DNA from: Octopus vulgaris
Taxonomy: Eukaryota
Assembly (NCBI GenBank): GCA_951406725.2
Contig: OX597814.1
Coordinates: 126,914,001 to 126,978,000, forward strand
Direction of reading: 5' to 3'
Length of the DNA: 64,000 nt
Shown: positions 25,901 to 40,900 of the stretch, one piece after another
Position numbering within the stretch: position 1 is the stretch's first letter
How the letters are laid out: every line of letters begins with the position of its first letter
The notes under the pieces: generated by a model
The model's input: the letters and a program-made list of their open reading frames with translations, nothing else
What the model was told of the DNA's origin: nothing
Database searches by the model: none
Program-made: the position numbers and the translations under genes

Positions 25901-28900
25901 TCATCCTAGGCCTGTAGCTCATTCCCAGTGTTCCTTACTAGATATCATTACTCATGAGAATATAATATATAAGACTGTAGATTTAATACATATCCAATAT
26001 ACATGAATTATGCTTTCATTAGTATATACTAATAGTGCACCTTTTATAGAATAACACAGTATTATTAGTAGAACTTATGCAAGCATAGAAAAGTGGAAAC
26101 AATGATGACATTTCACCTCCATTATAAGTATCTGGTATTTATATAGTGACTTCCATTAAATGTGCTTCTTATTTATACAGTGACACTGTACCATCACTAT
26201 ATGTATCTAGTCATGTATATAATGATACTGCATCTCCACTATATGTATGTGGTATTTATACAGTGATGGAGCACCACTAATATAGCTGACTGGTATACAG
26301 TGATACTGCATTATTAGTATTTCTATATGTAATGTTATACTGCATCTCCACTGTTGTGGTATTTATAGAATGATATTGCATACAAAATCCAGTATGGACC
26401 ATTAGAATTAAGTTTCATTTAAATGCCTGATATGAAACATAATTTAACCTTTTCACCTGGTTAGCACATAATATTGGCATTTGTAGCATTAAACAGATAA
26501 GAGTCAACACCTCTCCTGAATAGTATGCCAATTTATTACAGGTAATACTAGGTTGTTCTGTTCTAGGCATCAGAATGAACAACAGCAAATCTGTATTGAA
26601 TTAAAAATCTCAAATTATGAACTGGTAATGCAATATTGTATCTGATTAGCCATGCAATATCTCTATATGGAATAGAGAAAAATACAGAATTGATATGATA
26701 TAAAAAATTGGTGTCATATATATTATATGGTATATAGAAATGTTGATGTTTTAAAAAAGTAATATAGAAACAGTGTGAGATGTAATGAAGGATATATAGA
26801 AGTGGTGTGAAAAACATAGGAGGGTATATTGAATTGGTATGATATATAATATAGAGAATTCAGAGACAGTACGATGTAATAGAGATTATATAATAAAGTA
26901 TGCATAGAAATTTGCGATGAATAACAGAGAGTAATATAAAAATGATGTGATATATAATACAGGGTATACAAGAAATAATGTCATATGTATCTCTATATAT
27001 ATAAAGCTGAAGTTGTCTATGTATGGCAGGTTTGGTAGCCTTCAACTAACACTATCTCCTCCGAGACCCTGCGGTGCAAGTTGACCAAAATTGAGAGTAT
27101 GATAGAAGAAGGCTTGCTCTTTCTTCCGTAGAAGGAAAAATTCACATCGGACCAGGTTAATATTATTTACATCAAAAAGGTGCTTTTTTTCTATGAAAAT
27201 CCCTATTTTTTACGATTTTTTGACTGCTATGTTGCCATTTTTCGGTGTATTTCAACCAGAAAAATGTTCACTTAAAGAGAATAACAAGCTACATAATGCA
27301 AAATTTTTACTTTTCAAAAATTCCAATTCCAAAGGGTCGAAACAAACCCGAGCAACACCGGGCGATACTGCTAGAATATATATAAGAGGGTATATAAAAA
27401 TGACATAATGGATAGTATATAGAAATGATGTGGTATAAAGTACTATACAAAAATGGCATGATATAAAGACCAAATGAAGACAAAACTCTAACAAAGGATT
27501 ACCTTTGAGAAAACGTTGTGCACCATCCAAACACTCTGGTGACAATTCATTGTCACCAAATGAGCCCAAAAGTTCGCTAACAAGTATATCTGCTTTCTCT
27601 GGAGCTTCCCATTCTCTCATGTCTTGAAATACAACTTCTACTTGCTCTCCCCACATTTCATCTTTGTAATTCTCTAGTCTGGAGAAAATACAAAAACATT
27701 AGTTAGCACTTGTGAGAAGATAAAAAAACCCCAGAAAACAAACAACCATTATTCATGTAGTTGAACAGAAATTCATCAAGTTTAACGAGAGACTAAAATA
27801 TACTTACGTAACTATAGCATTGGGGTTTTTTTCCACAGCATACACTTTGATGTTTCTATCTGCCTTTTTACTTGCTGTTATTGCAGCTCTGACTAGTGGA
27901 CCCCGTCCAGCGCCAACCACCATAATCACACTGCAACAACAAAAGCAACACAGATTAAAACAGAAAGAGAAATAATTTTTAAAATATAAACTGTGAATAT
28001 TGAGAATGTTTTTTTCTTCCTGAGAATGAAAAAAAAAAAGGAGACATTCTTATCTGTACTGAGATTAATGAAGTTGTATTGTGTACTTACACCGTTTTCA
28101 TGTCTTTTTCCTCTTCCTTTACTCGGTCTAATAGGGCAAAATAGATGGCCTACGAAAATAAAATGGCATAATTAGATTAGCACAAATATTTTCAAGGCTG
28201 TATGAGATACATTTTAGATATGTCTATCAAGAACTTTAGATTTTAAAAATTAAAATTTGGTGCTTTCTCTCAGAGCATCATCAGCACTTAACAATTACTT
28301 TTCCATGCTTAGATGGAATATGTTGCATGGTTAGATGAAATTTGTTGAGGCAGATTTTCTATGGATGAATGCCTTTCCTGTCTCCTCTGTTTCCAAGCAA
28401 GGCAATATTTCCCCATTGCCAGATACATTTTACATGGAAGACTGGAAACGAACAACACTGCTTGTATGAAGGTGATGCTTGTTTACAACCATCACATAAT
28501 GTCAAAACAAGGAAATACACAAACACATGTATATATCCACTCATAAGGCTTTGGCTGGCCTGGGGCTATAGTAAAAGACACTTGCCCAAGGTATCATACA
28601 GAGTGACTGAACCCAAGACCACATGTTTGGGAAGCAAACTCCTAAACCACACAATCATGCCTAGACCTAAATGTACATCATTTAAGATAATCAACGTCAA
28701 TGATAGAAATTTCCAGACAACATGTCAACAGTCTAAAATTACAATAACAGCATTAGTTTCCACCACCACTCACAAAGACCAATTACTTTATAAACTACCT
28801 GTGTTACATGTTAAGATATAGTAAAAAGAAACATATCTTACCTCTTTATATTGGGTATATTTGACTGGATCTTTTTCAAATACCTCATAAGTCAGTGACT

Positions 28901-31900
28901 CCAGATTGTCCATTAACGGCTGAAAACAAGATACAAACATTAGAGATTTACTTGAAAGAAGACAATGGCTGTTTGTTTGAGAAGGTTGATACCTTTTACA
29001 AGCAAGACTTTTCTGTTGATGGAAAAATGGTTTTTTACCTTATACATATTATGGCAAAAAGTCTCACTTATGGCTCAAGTGAAATGAAGGTCTGACTTTG
29101 AGTGAAACAAGACTGCTAATAATTCTTTACATTAGCATAAAGCCACAAATTTGTTGGAAACAAGTTTAGGTTGATTATATCAGTCTCAATATATTACTGG
29201 TATTTGGTATTTATCAACTTGAGAGGAAGAAATAGCAACCTTAAGTGTATTTGAACTTTGAACTTTTATGGTGTCATGTAGACGTGCCTGTGCTAGTGCA
29301 ATGTTAAAAGCATCCAGTACACTCTGTAAAGTGGTTAACCTTAGGAAAGATGTCTAGCCATAGAAATCATGCCAAAATAGACAAATGGAGCCCAGGTAGT
29401 TCTCCAACTGGCCAACTCCTGTCAAATGGCCCAATCCATGCCAACACAGAGAATGGATGTCAAATGATGATGATGATAATAATGAATGTAGTGAGTGAAG
29501 GCCTTCCCACTCATTAATAAAAATGAAAAGTACTACATCAGTAGTGTGAATGTAAATATAAAAGACATCCAGGAAAGAATGAAAAGTCAGTTCCCAGTTT
29601 GAACTGAAGCCATATCTTCTAGTTGACACTGCTTTGCTACCAGCATGTCATCAGTTTTCAAACTGGCACACAAATCTTGTCATATCAACATTCCTAAGAT
29701 GGATATTGGTTTGATATTTTGTAATAGCTAATCTAATCAGAGAACATACAAGTTTAATATCAAAGCCATTCACATTGGTTGTTATGTTAAAGTTCAAAAC
29801 CTGCTTTTTGTTTGTGTTGTACTCAGGAGCAAAACACAACCCTTCTTGCTCCAGTTTCACCTCTATTTTATATATGAGGGATTAGCAGTAGGAAGGACAC
29901 TATCCAAGTGGTCACCGTCAATCTCCCTTCTTCACACACATACATAGGAAAAAAGGGCTTCTGTAATTATCATTATCAATTAGACTATTTATTAATCTGT
30001 AAAATTTGTTGGAATAAAACAATAAAACTAGAAATTTTAGCTAATGAAAGAATAACTTATTTTTTTAGATATTAATTTTATAGTTTCTTTTTGAGGTCAG
30101 TACCTATGAATCTGCAGACTCTCTGAGATTGAGTTCAATTTCAACATTTGTAGGTCTCAACAAATGCAGGGAAAAAAAGGGAGCAGGAAGGAGAGGATTT
30201 TAGAGGAATGTTGTTAAGGGAGGAAGGATTATGCTTACTTGAAGTGGGCATTGTAAATAATCTTCATATCCTTTAGCAAACTGGCTGAGAGCATCAGGCG
30301 TGGGACGGTTCTGTAAAAAAAAAGTTTATTTATATTTTAATATATATTTCTCATTATCTATTAGTTATCCAAGAAAAACATTTTAAAACTGTGGTTAAAA
30401 TTATATATTTGGACATTATTATTTGTTTCTTCAACCTAAAGTGATACATTTAATCATCAATCATCATCATCATCATCATCGTTTAACGTCCGCTTTCCAT
30501 GCTAGCATGGGTTGGACGGTTCAACTGGGGTCTGGGAAGCCCGAAGGCTGCACCAGGCCAGTCAGATGTGGCAGTGTTTCTACAGCTGGATGCCCTTCCT
30601 AACGCCAACCACTCCGAGAGTGTAGTGGGTGATTTTATGTGCCACCGACACAGGTGCCAGACGAGGCTGGCAGACGGCCACGTTCGGATGACTTTATAAA
30701 AACAGTTAATCTCCAGTTCATAGCTTACTATTAAGCCACCTCTCCTCTTATGAATACTATTAATGTTACATGAATGGTACTGAAATCATTCACTTATGAT
30801 ATAATAATGTTCTCCTTACACTTACTTATGCCTGTTATCTAAAAAAATATGAGCTCCTCACCACCCTGTCTGAATACAGTCCTTCTTGATACTCTAGCAT
30901 CTTTTGAAACTAATCTGTTCCCTCCATCATTTCAATATTAAGATCACATTTCTTTCTGATTAGACCACACCATCATTTTTCTGGCAGCTTTCTTGAATGA
31001 AAGGCAAGTGTTATTGTTCTGCATAGATTTTATTTAGATGTCCTGTTAGACTATTCTCAAACAGACAGCATAGAATTGCTCTAATTTGAACAATATTATT
31101 GTTCTCCAAAAATATACTAACATTTGGAAATATAAACTAGAATCCTCTGCCTGAAGAGACTGAAGCTAGAATAACAAACACAAAAATTATACTTTGAAGA
31201 CTGCGAATTACTATAGGAGTCATCATATCTAAACAATCAAATATAGAGAGACACTCAAAGGCTGCACTCTCTAGCTATGTCACTGGGTCTTCTACTTGGC
31301 TCTGGGTAAATTGAAGCCTTCCAACTGAAAGAAGCCTGATGTGTGTGAGTATGCATGCATAATGAGTGTGTGTATGTGTATGAATGTGTTTATGTATCTC
31401 TATAGATATAAACGGCAAAATGTCTGTGTGTGTGTGTGTGTGTGTGTGCATGTCCTTTATACAAATCCACAATTTTTCAGTTAGAGGGCTCACACTTTCT
31501 ATGGTCATTCAAAACCGTCCAAGGGTGGTCGTGCACATCTTTACATTTCCTCAGTCACCCTGTAAAGCCATTAAAAAAATCAATATAAGTGACTTTTTTG
31601 TGAATTTTTTATCGAAAACCCAATCAAAATGCCCGAAACTTGATACGCCAATTGAATGCCAGCTAGCTGTATGTGATTGGTTGGAGATTTGGACAGTACT
31701 CGAGTGTATGTGCGCACGCACGCAGCTGTATATGCATGCACTAGCACTATGACCTGGCGTTGCTGGGTCATAGTGCTAGTTTTTATACATTTTCACACTC
31801 TATGGAAGTTATTTGCTTCATGTCTTCAAAGATGCATGAAATAAGAAAATCCTTGCCTGACAAACAGGTAAGGGATAGTGACAAGAAGGGCATCCAGCTG

Positions 31901-34900
31901 TAAAACAATGCCTCGATAATATATACATCTGATCCATACTAGCATAAAAAAGCAGACTTAAAATAAATGAACAAATGAATGTTCATATATTCTACACACC
32001 TGCCACAGATGATCCAGATATTGGACATATGATGTTATTCCTTTGTCTGTATGACGATTTGCACCAGTCAATATTAATTGCACATCCAACTGCAAATAGA
32101 AAATGAAGACATTAATAATTTCACAGAAGACAGACACTAATATGTGATTTGTGTATACAACTAGCTGACATTTGTAAGTGATATGTAAACATAACTACTC
32201 TTTTACTTGTTTCAGTCATTTGACTGCAGCCATGCTGGAGCACCGCCTTTAGTCGAGCAAATTGACCCCAGGACTTATCCTTTGTAAGCTTAGTACTTAT
32301 TTTATCGGTCTCTTTTGCCGAACTGCTAAGTTACAGGGACGTAAACACACCAGCATCAGTTGTCAAGCGATGTTGGGGGGACAAACACAGACACACAAAC
32401 ATAAACACACACATACATATATATACATATATACGATGGGCTTCTTTCAGTTTCCGTCTCACAAGGCTATAGTAGAAGACACTTGTCCAAGGTGCCACGC
32501 AGTGGGACTGAACCCCAAACCATGTGGTTCATAAGCAAGCTACTTACCACACAGCCACTCCTACGCCTGTATGACATTTGTGACATAGATACTAAAAAAC
32601 ATGTCTTATATACAATTAGATAACATTTACAACATTGGCACTTGGTAATATGAATATACAACTAGGATGCATTACTTTCAAAGTAATATAAAAAGACACA
32701 ACACACAACCAGTCCATGTGTTGTAAAAGCACTAGGTAAGTGTAATGTATACACACCTAAGTGATAGTTCTCATATAAACACCATGTATTTAAGGTCTAT
32801 CATGAGCCCAAGGACTCACAAGGTGGGAACTTAAACTGGTTTCCATGGCATATTGGGATTACAACAGACCAGCATCCAATGAATGGGATGCTAGTCTGTT
32901 GCAGGGTTAACTTTCCAGCTAATGCTGGAATTCTTTTATAGCTGAATAGATTGGGGTAATGTGAAATAAAATGTTTTGCTCAAGAATACAATGCACCAAT
33001 CTATTGCCCAGGAATCAGAACTGTGATCTTGCATCTGTCAGTGTAACACTTTAATTACTAGGCAATGTACCTTCACTAAGTGATATGTACATAGAACATA
33101 TTTCTGTAGATCTAACTCATTAACAATCTCTTGTATAATTTGTTATATTTAGCAATGACAATATAACATATAGTTCAAATCTATAGGAAAATACGTGGAA
33201 CTGGAGAGTTGTGATGAAATTGTAAAACTAAAATAAACAGGCATGACTGTGTGGTAAGAAGTTTGCTTCCCAACCACATGGTTCTGGGTTCAGTCCCACT
33301 GCGTGGCACCTTGGTTAAGTGAAACTGAGAGAAGCCTGTCATATATGTGTGTGTGTGACTTTGTGTCTGTGTTTGTCTCCTGCCAACGAGTGACCACTGG
33401 TGATGGTGTGTTTATGTCCCTGTAATTTAGTGGTTCATCAAAAGGGACTGATAGAATAAGTACCAGGCTTAAAAAAAAAGTACTGGGGTTGGCTGAAAAC
33501 TGCTCAAGGCAGTGCCCCAGCATGGCTGCAGTCTAATGACTGAAAGAATAAAATATATAAAAAGTAAAGGTGGTAAGTACCTTGAATAGTTTACGAAGGT
33601 AGGACTGGTGAGCACGAGATAAAACAGGGTATCCCTTTTTATTAGTTAAAAATAAACTAGTAGACAAAGAAATAGCTTTGATGGGCTCAGATAACCATCG
33701 TTCTAACACATCATCATCTGGTAGGTCAGCAGTTAATTCTAAGACAATGCCCAGTTTTTTGTTTGGTTCACATAATGTTCGGAATGTGTGCCACCTAAAA
33801 AAGGAAGATAAGAAACAAGAATAAGAAAATGGTGCTTCAAGACATATTTTATAATTATCATCAACCATATCCCTCTTTACTATCATCACCATCATATCAT
33901 CATCATTGACATTATCCTCCTCCTCTGCCGCTGCCACCATGAAACATCCCCTCTACCACCATCATGAAACATTCAACCCTATCACTGCACCCACATTCCA
34001 TCATCAGCATTACCAAAACTCTTGGATTATGTGTTGTGGATATAAAACAGATGAAGATATTAATAAATAGCATCAAGAAATGCAAAATCATTACATGACA
34101 GGGTACAGAAAGGGTTTGAGGTGAAAATTGGCAGTTTAGCAACCCTGAGTTGCTTAAGGGAAAATTAGGAGTTGTGCTTTTGAGTGAGACAGACTCTCAC
34201 ATAGTATTACTTCTTCATGACTGAGTGGTTAGTGGTAGGAAAGACAATTTAATTGCTTTAATAATACATAATTTTTCACAATTACAACATCTCACCCAAA
34301 ATAACACAATACATTTTTTTCATCAAATGGATTAAAGAAAACTATCTGGAAGTCAACACATTTAATTCCAGTCATTGGACTGCTCCAATCATTGTTGTCA
34401 TCGTTTTCATCATCAAACGTTTGTTTTCCATGCTGGTATGGGTTAGACAATGAAGGATGGAAAATGGATGGATGTTAAGAGAGACAGAGTTAACTGGTTT
34501 TTATATTTGATGGAAATGTTTGAACTTACATGGAACAAACATGACATTGGATTAGAGCAGAAACCAACTAAGTTCTGGTGAGAGATAGTCTATGAAAGTT
34601 ACAGATGAACAGTATAGAAGCACTACTGCTGATTTGTTGTAACCATGACATTGAAAATATATAAGAAAGTATCCACCTACCAGTACCAGGTATTGTAGTC
34701 ACGGTGATCTCTGTCAATTTCTTCATCTATTCCTTCAATAAGGTTTTCTGTTTGGAATTCAGGAGCGATGAGAGGTACTTGGATCCAGTATTGCTGGAAG
34801 AACACAAAACAAACATCAAAGTTATGTTACTAATGTTGGAAATATACTACCAAAATACAGTTGAGTTCTTGAATATTTAGAATTTTAGCTTTAGTTGTCA

Positions 34901-37900
34901 TCATCATTATTATTAGGAAGGTGGTAAACAGGCAGAATTGATAGAACATCGGATAAAATTGGGGTATTTATTCTGCCTCTTTACATTCAGAGTTCAGTTC
35001 CTGCTGGGATCAACTTTACCTTTCATCTCTCTTGGTCAATAAAAGTACCAATCAAGTACTGGGGTTGATAGTATCAACTAATGCCCTTTTCTCAAAACTG
35101 CTGGTCAAGTGACCCAATCAGATACTATTATTACTACTACTATTATTTCACTGAAAGAGGAAATAAGATATTATGATGGTTATACTTTTCTCAAGAACAT
35201 TAGCTATGAAATAAAGAGAATTACTTTTAAGAAGTTACCTGAGCCGTGTTTCACTGTGTTCACAGCTGCCCCCACCACCACCACCTTCATCATCATCTTT
35301 TAGATAATGTAAGTGAAGAATAACTAAACACCTAATCAGAATTAGTTTTGTTCATACAGAGTTTAAATTTCACCTGGGGGAAATTTGTAGTTGAGGGCTG
35401 GTTTTGCAGATCCATCAAAACTGTCAAATGTATTTCAAAATAGGAAAACAGGCTTCAGAAAAACCTTAAGACAGAGGATTATATATAAAATGTATTTCAT
35501 AATTCACAAATCCTCTGTTCTCTGTTTCAGTTTAATCCGTCATGTTTTAAGGGTCAATAAATTAGTACCTATAATATTAGATTAAAATAGCCTTACTGTT
35601 TGTACAGAGGAAAGTGTCCCACACACTGTTGAAACAGGGGTAAGAGTATCTCCTGTCTTATAATTTAACTTGGTAAAAGTAACTACTAGCTAGAGTGCAA
35701 TTATTAAAATAAAAGACATCATTGGTTAAATTATTCTAAAGTGGAATTGAAGCCATTCCTGTTACTTACTTGCTGCCAGTAAGAATGGATCATATGTGTA
35801 TTGAGAATGCGGGTCATATTAGTTACTTTATTGTTCTGAAGCTCTATAATCATCACAGGTACACTCAAATACGTTGCCCATGTAAGTTCTTGTTTAAATG
35901 CCTGGAAAATAGAAAACAACAAAAAAAATGGTTTTACAAACTTTTCTTCAGCTGATATTTTATAACGTTCAGTTTTAGAAAACTTGCTTTCTCCCATTTA
36001 TTCTCTTCATTTAGCAACCTTTCATAGTAACATCTCCAAGTCTCTCTCCTTGCAGCCTCATTAAATGCAAGTGAATGGTCATCCATGTGGATACATTTCT
36101 CTCCTATGACATATATTATTTTCTGGTTGTAATGTAGTAATTTGGGTATGCTGTGTAGGTTGAAAGAAGGGTGTATAACATGGTAATTAGGACGTGTTGT
36201 GTGGGTGTAGAGTGAAAGTTAGGTATTGTGTAGGAGTTCACTGTAGTATTATGTGTATGTTGTCTTGATACACACATTACAATGGCATTGATTGAACTCA
36301 AACAGCTCAGTGTACTGGTGGTAACATTGTTAACAACCAAAAGATGATCATCAATGATGTGAGAAACAATGATGATCAGTGCCAGTCTAACACCAATAAT
36401 AATCAAGACTATTCAGTATCGTTGATGGTCAGTGTAGCTCTCTCATCCGGCACAAGTGAAATATGACTTAAAATTATATGAAGAGAGAAATGTGATATAA
36501 ACTTCATATTATATGAAAATGAAAAGAAAATGTAGTATTATATGTTTCTGGTATTATATCAAGAGGGACAAAAATGTCATAATAAACACTGGTAGCAAAA
36601 ACCAAACATTTTACTGAATACAAAATTTTCTTTCTGCTCTCACTAACCTGTTCTGAATTTCTACGTATTTCTTCATTAGTCGAATCAATTTGCAGCCAAG
36701 GGGAAATCTTTAAGCCAATGAACATACTCCAGTCTACAATAAAAGTATGAAAGAATAATTGGATAAAAATATCCAGGGGCATCTGTTGCATGAAAAACAA
36801 ATAGTGAAATAGATGCTAACAAACTAGTGAGCAAAGGAATTTTAATTTATTAAAAGTGCAACTAAATGAAGAGAAAAAATAAATCATTATCTTAATGACT
36901 GGTTTTCATTCAATTTTAAATAAATTTAAATTCCACAGTTGTCTCTCCTGTCTTTTTTTATCAGAATTAATCATGAAGCTAATGGAATTTTTCTCTCCAA
37001 GAGCAATTTCAACTAATTAAAATTTCTTGGCTCACTATACATTATGTTAACACCTACTTTACAATAAAACTAGCTGGATATGTGGTGAGTTCTGTTATAC
37101 CTATGGATCAAACTAATGTTCTTGAAATTTGATGTTATGTTGCTAACAAGTCAAAACAATTTGTAAAAAAGATGCTGTTACACTAGTTTTAATAAACAAA
37201 CAACCATTAAGTCATTTCCAAGTTTTAATACATGAAACTGAATGCGATTAAGAACCTCCTTTAACAATATTATTTCAAGAAGTCACAAACTTATCAATTG
37301 TCATATCTTTGTTTTCCAAAGAAACAACAGAAGCAAGACTAAAAGAAAGCCCTCTTCCTGATGTCATATTCTATGTTGGTAAGAAATGAAATCAACAACC
37401 AATATTCTTTCCCACTCTAGGCACAAGGCTTGAAATTTTGGGGGAAGGGGCCGGTTGATTAGATCACCCCAGTATGCAACTGATACTTAATTTATTGACC
37501 CCAAAAGGATGAAAGGCAAAGTTGACCATGGCAGAATTTGAACTCAGAATGGAAAGACAGATGAAATACCGCTAAGCATTTTATCTGGCATGTTAACGTT
37601 TCTGCCAGCTTGCCACCTTAAATCAACAACCAATATTACTTGATCAAATTAAAAATCAACCCACATGTTTGTGGCAGCAGTTGGAGACTATCATCTCAGT
37701 TCAACTCCCATTGCAGTTATTGCCAAGACTGATAGATACTTGTACTATATTAGTTTCAAATTTTGGTAAATGGCCAGCAATTTTGAGGGATGGAGTTGGT
37801 TGATTACATCGATCCCAGTGCTCAACTGGCATTATTTTATTGAAGAATGAAAGGCAAAGTTGACTTCAGCAGCATTTGAACTCAATATAAAAATGGATGA

Positions 37901-40900
37901 AATGCCACTAAGCATTTTGCCAAGGATGCAAACGATTCTGCTGGCTATCCACCTTAATTATTTATTTATTTATGTGCCCTTTTTAAAGCCTAGCCAGGCT
38001 CATGGGCCCAGTTTCTATGGCGTATGAGTTCCCCCCAGCTGGACGGGACGCCAGTCCATCACAGCATTACTCACAGGAAGTTGGGGTGAAAGAGTACAAC
38101 AGGGGTCACCACCACCCCCTGCCGGAGCCTCATAGAGCTTTAGGTGTTTTTGCTCAATAAACACACACAATGCCCAGTCTGGGAATCGAAACCGCGATCC
38201 TCTGCTGCCCTAACCACTGGGCCATTGCGCCTTCACATCCACCTTAATTGCTTGTAATATATTAGAATTAACTTAAGTAACAATATCTCTTCCTCTATTA
38301 TCAGGCAATAATGGAAACAGTTTTGTACTGTCAACCTGCCTTTTAAGATTATCAATAACTCTATAACATATCATATAATGATATAAGTGATTAGAGAGTG
38401 AGGAAGATAAATGAATGGGCGATAAGAGGAAGTGGGGAAGAAACAGGTAATTAGCATTTATAGATAATCATTATTTAATGCAGTTAAGATAGTGTTTGAA
38501 GATTACACTGCAAACAAAGAGAACAGAAGTTAAAAATTAAAAAGAAAAAATGGTTATATAAAGGTATGTTATAATTATACAAAAATTGCTTTGCTTACCA
38601 TGGCTACTGAGTACAAGGTCTGATCTCGTTAAAGGGCCAGATCGCTTTTTACTGGGTCCACGAACAAATTCGCGTTTGTAGCGAGGATTCACAACAGGGA
38701 TGCACAGAAAGTCAAAACTGGAAGATATAAATATGTAAAATGAGGGGAGCTATTTTGATTGTCAATTGTATTTTAAATGAAATTATTAAATAATATATCA
38801 TCCACATCATTATCATCATCGTTTAACGTCTGTTTTCCATGCTGGCATGGGTTGGACAGTTCAACTGGGGTCTGGGAAGCCAGGAGGCTGCAGCAGGCCC
38901 CAGTCTGATCTGGCAGCGTTCCCACAGCTGGATGCCCTTCCTAACGCCAACCACTCCGAGAGTGTAGTGGGTGCTTTTTACATGCCACCGGCATGGAAGC
39001 CAGTCACAGCAGCACTGGCATCGGCCACATTCAGGGGTCACAACTACAATTTCCATTTGATTTGATTTTGATGTACTTGACTCAATAGGTCTCCTCAAGC
39101 ACGGAATGTTGCCCTATGATCCAAGGTACTTTCGAGTGGGCTGGTTATGTGACACTCGTGTAAGTTATAGCTGTGAACTCGCTTTATTTGCTAGGTCTTC
39201 TCAGTCACAACATATCTCAAGAGGTCTTGACCTTTTGTCATTGCCTCTGTGAGGCCCAACGTTCGAAGGTCATAGTTCACCACCTCATTCTATGTCTTCC
39301 TAGGTCTCCCTCTACTCTGGATTCCTTCCACAGTTTGGGAGTGGCAGTTCTTCACACAGCTCTCCTCGTCCATCCACAGTACATGACCATACCAACGCAA
39401 ATATCTCTCTTGCACACCACATCCACTGCTTCTTATGTCTAACATTTCTCTCAGGGCGCTTTCTCTCTATCGTGTGTGCACACTGACATTACACATCCAG
39501 TGGATCATGCTAGCTTCATTTCTTTCGTGCTTACGCATGTCTTCAGCAGTCATGGCCCATGTTTATATATGCATATATATATATATATATATATATATCT
39601 GACACAAGATCAACTTCATCATCTGACACAAGGTCACCTCGTCTAATGCTCCCTACTCTCTCAAAAGATTTTTGTCTTGCAAGTTACTTGGTGACCTTAT
39701 CACTTAAAAAGCATCCAGCTGTAAAATCCTTGCCAAAACTGACCTCGCCTGTGCTTGTGCCATGTAAAAAGCACTAAATCCACTCTACTGGGTAGTTAGT
39801 GTTAGGAAGGGCTGATCTGTCAGTGTTTCTACAGCTGGATGCCCTTCCTAACGCCATCTACTCTGAGAGTGTAGTGGGTGCTTTTTTACATGCCACCGCA
39901 CAGGGGCCAAAGGGGGCTGGCATTGACCACGATCCGATGGTGCTTTTTACGTGCCACTGGCTCGGGAGCCAGTCAAGGCGGTGCAGGCATCAGCCATGTT
40001 TGGATGGTGTTTTTTTACATGCCACCGGCACAGGAGCCAGTCTGCAAAGGAAAAATATATAAACACTGAGACAAGTTGAATTAAAATTAAAAACTGGCTA
40101 GTTTAAATCGTCTATACCCATAGAAACTGGTATTAAAACAAATACAGAGAATGAGAAAGTTTTTATCAGAAATAAGCTGTTACAAGTGATCAAAATGAGA
40201 AGGAAAATAAAGATTAAGATGAAAATTTATATAAGGGCAAATGAGTGTCACTGATACATAAAAAGAATAAAGATATCACAGAGAGGATCTTTTAGTCTTG
40301 TCAGGGATAAGACAACCTTTTTAGTGTTGTTGCAATAATAATAATATGCACCCAGTGCATTCTGTAAAATGGTTGTCAAATGAAAGGAGACAATGTAGAG
40401 TAGAGAGGCTAAGGACATAACCTCTCCAGTGCTGGTGCTACAATAAAATGCACCCAATACACTTTGTAAAGTGGTTGACATTAGGAAAGACATCCAGCAG
40501 TAGAAAACTTGTCAAAAATGAATTGTATGACTGAGATGTGGTCCCTGATTTATTTAGGGTAGCAGTAACTCGAAATAAGAACTGACACAGTCTGTGAAGA
40601 TCTGTCAGCATGATTGGGGTGATATCTCTGAATCAGCTCCATACATGTAGGAGGAATAAGTAGGATCAGAGATGACATAATCATGAAATTGCAAGAAGTG
40701 AAACATAACATGAGAACTTATAGAAAGAACTAAATATAAAGAAACCCCAGGTTAAATATTCCTCTCAGCTTAGATGTTGAATATAACCAGATCAATTGCT
40801 TACATTCAGAGATGCTACAATTCAAAATAAAATTGGTTAGTTATCTTTATCCCATATTTACAGAGATATACCACAACCAGACTCGTGTATCTCAACAATA

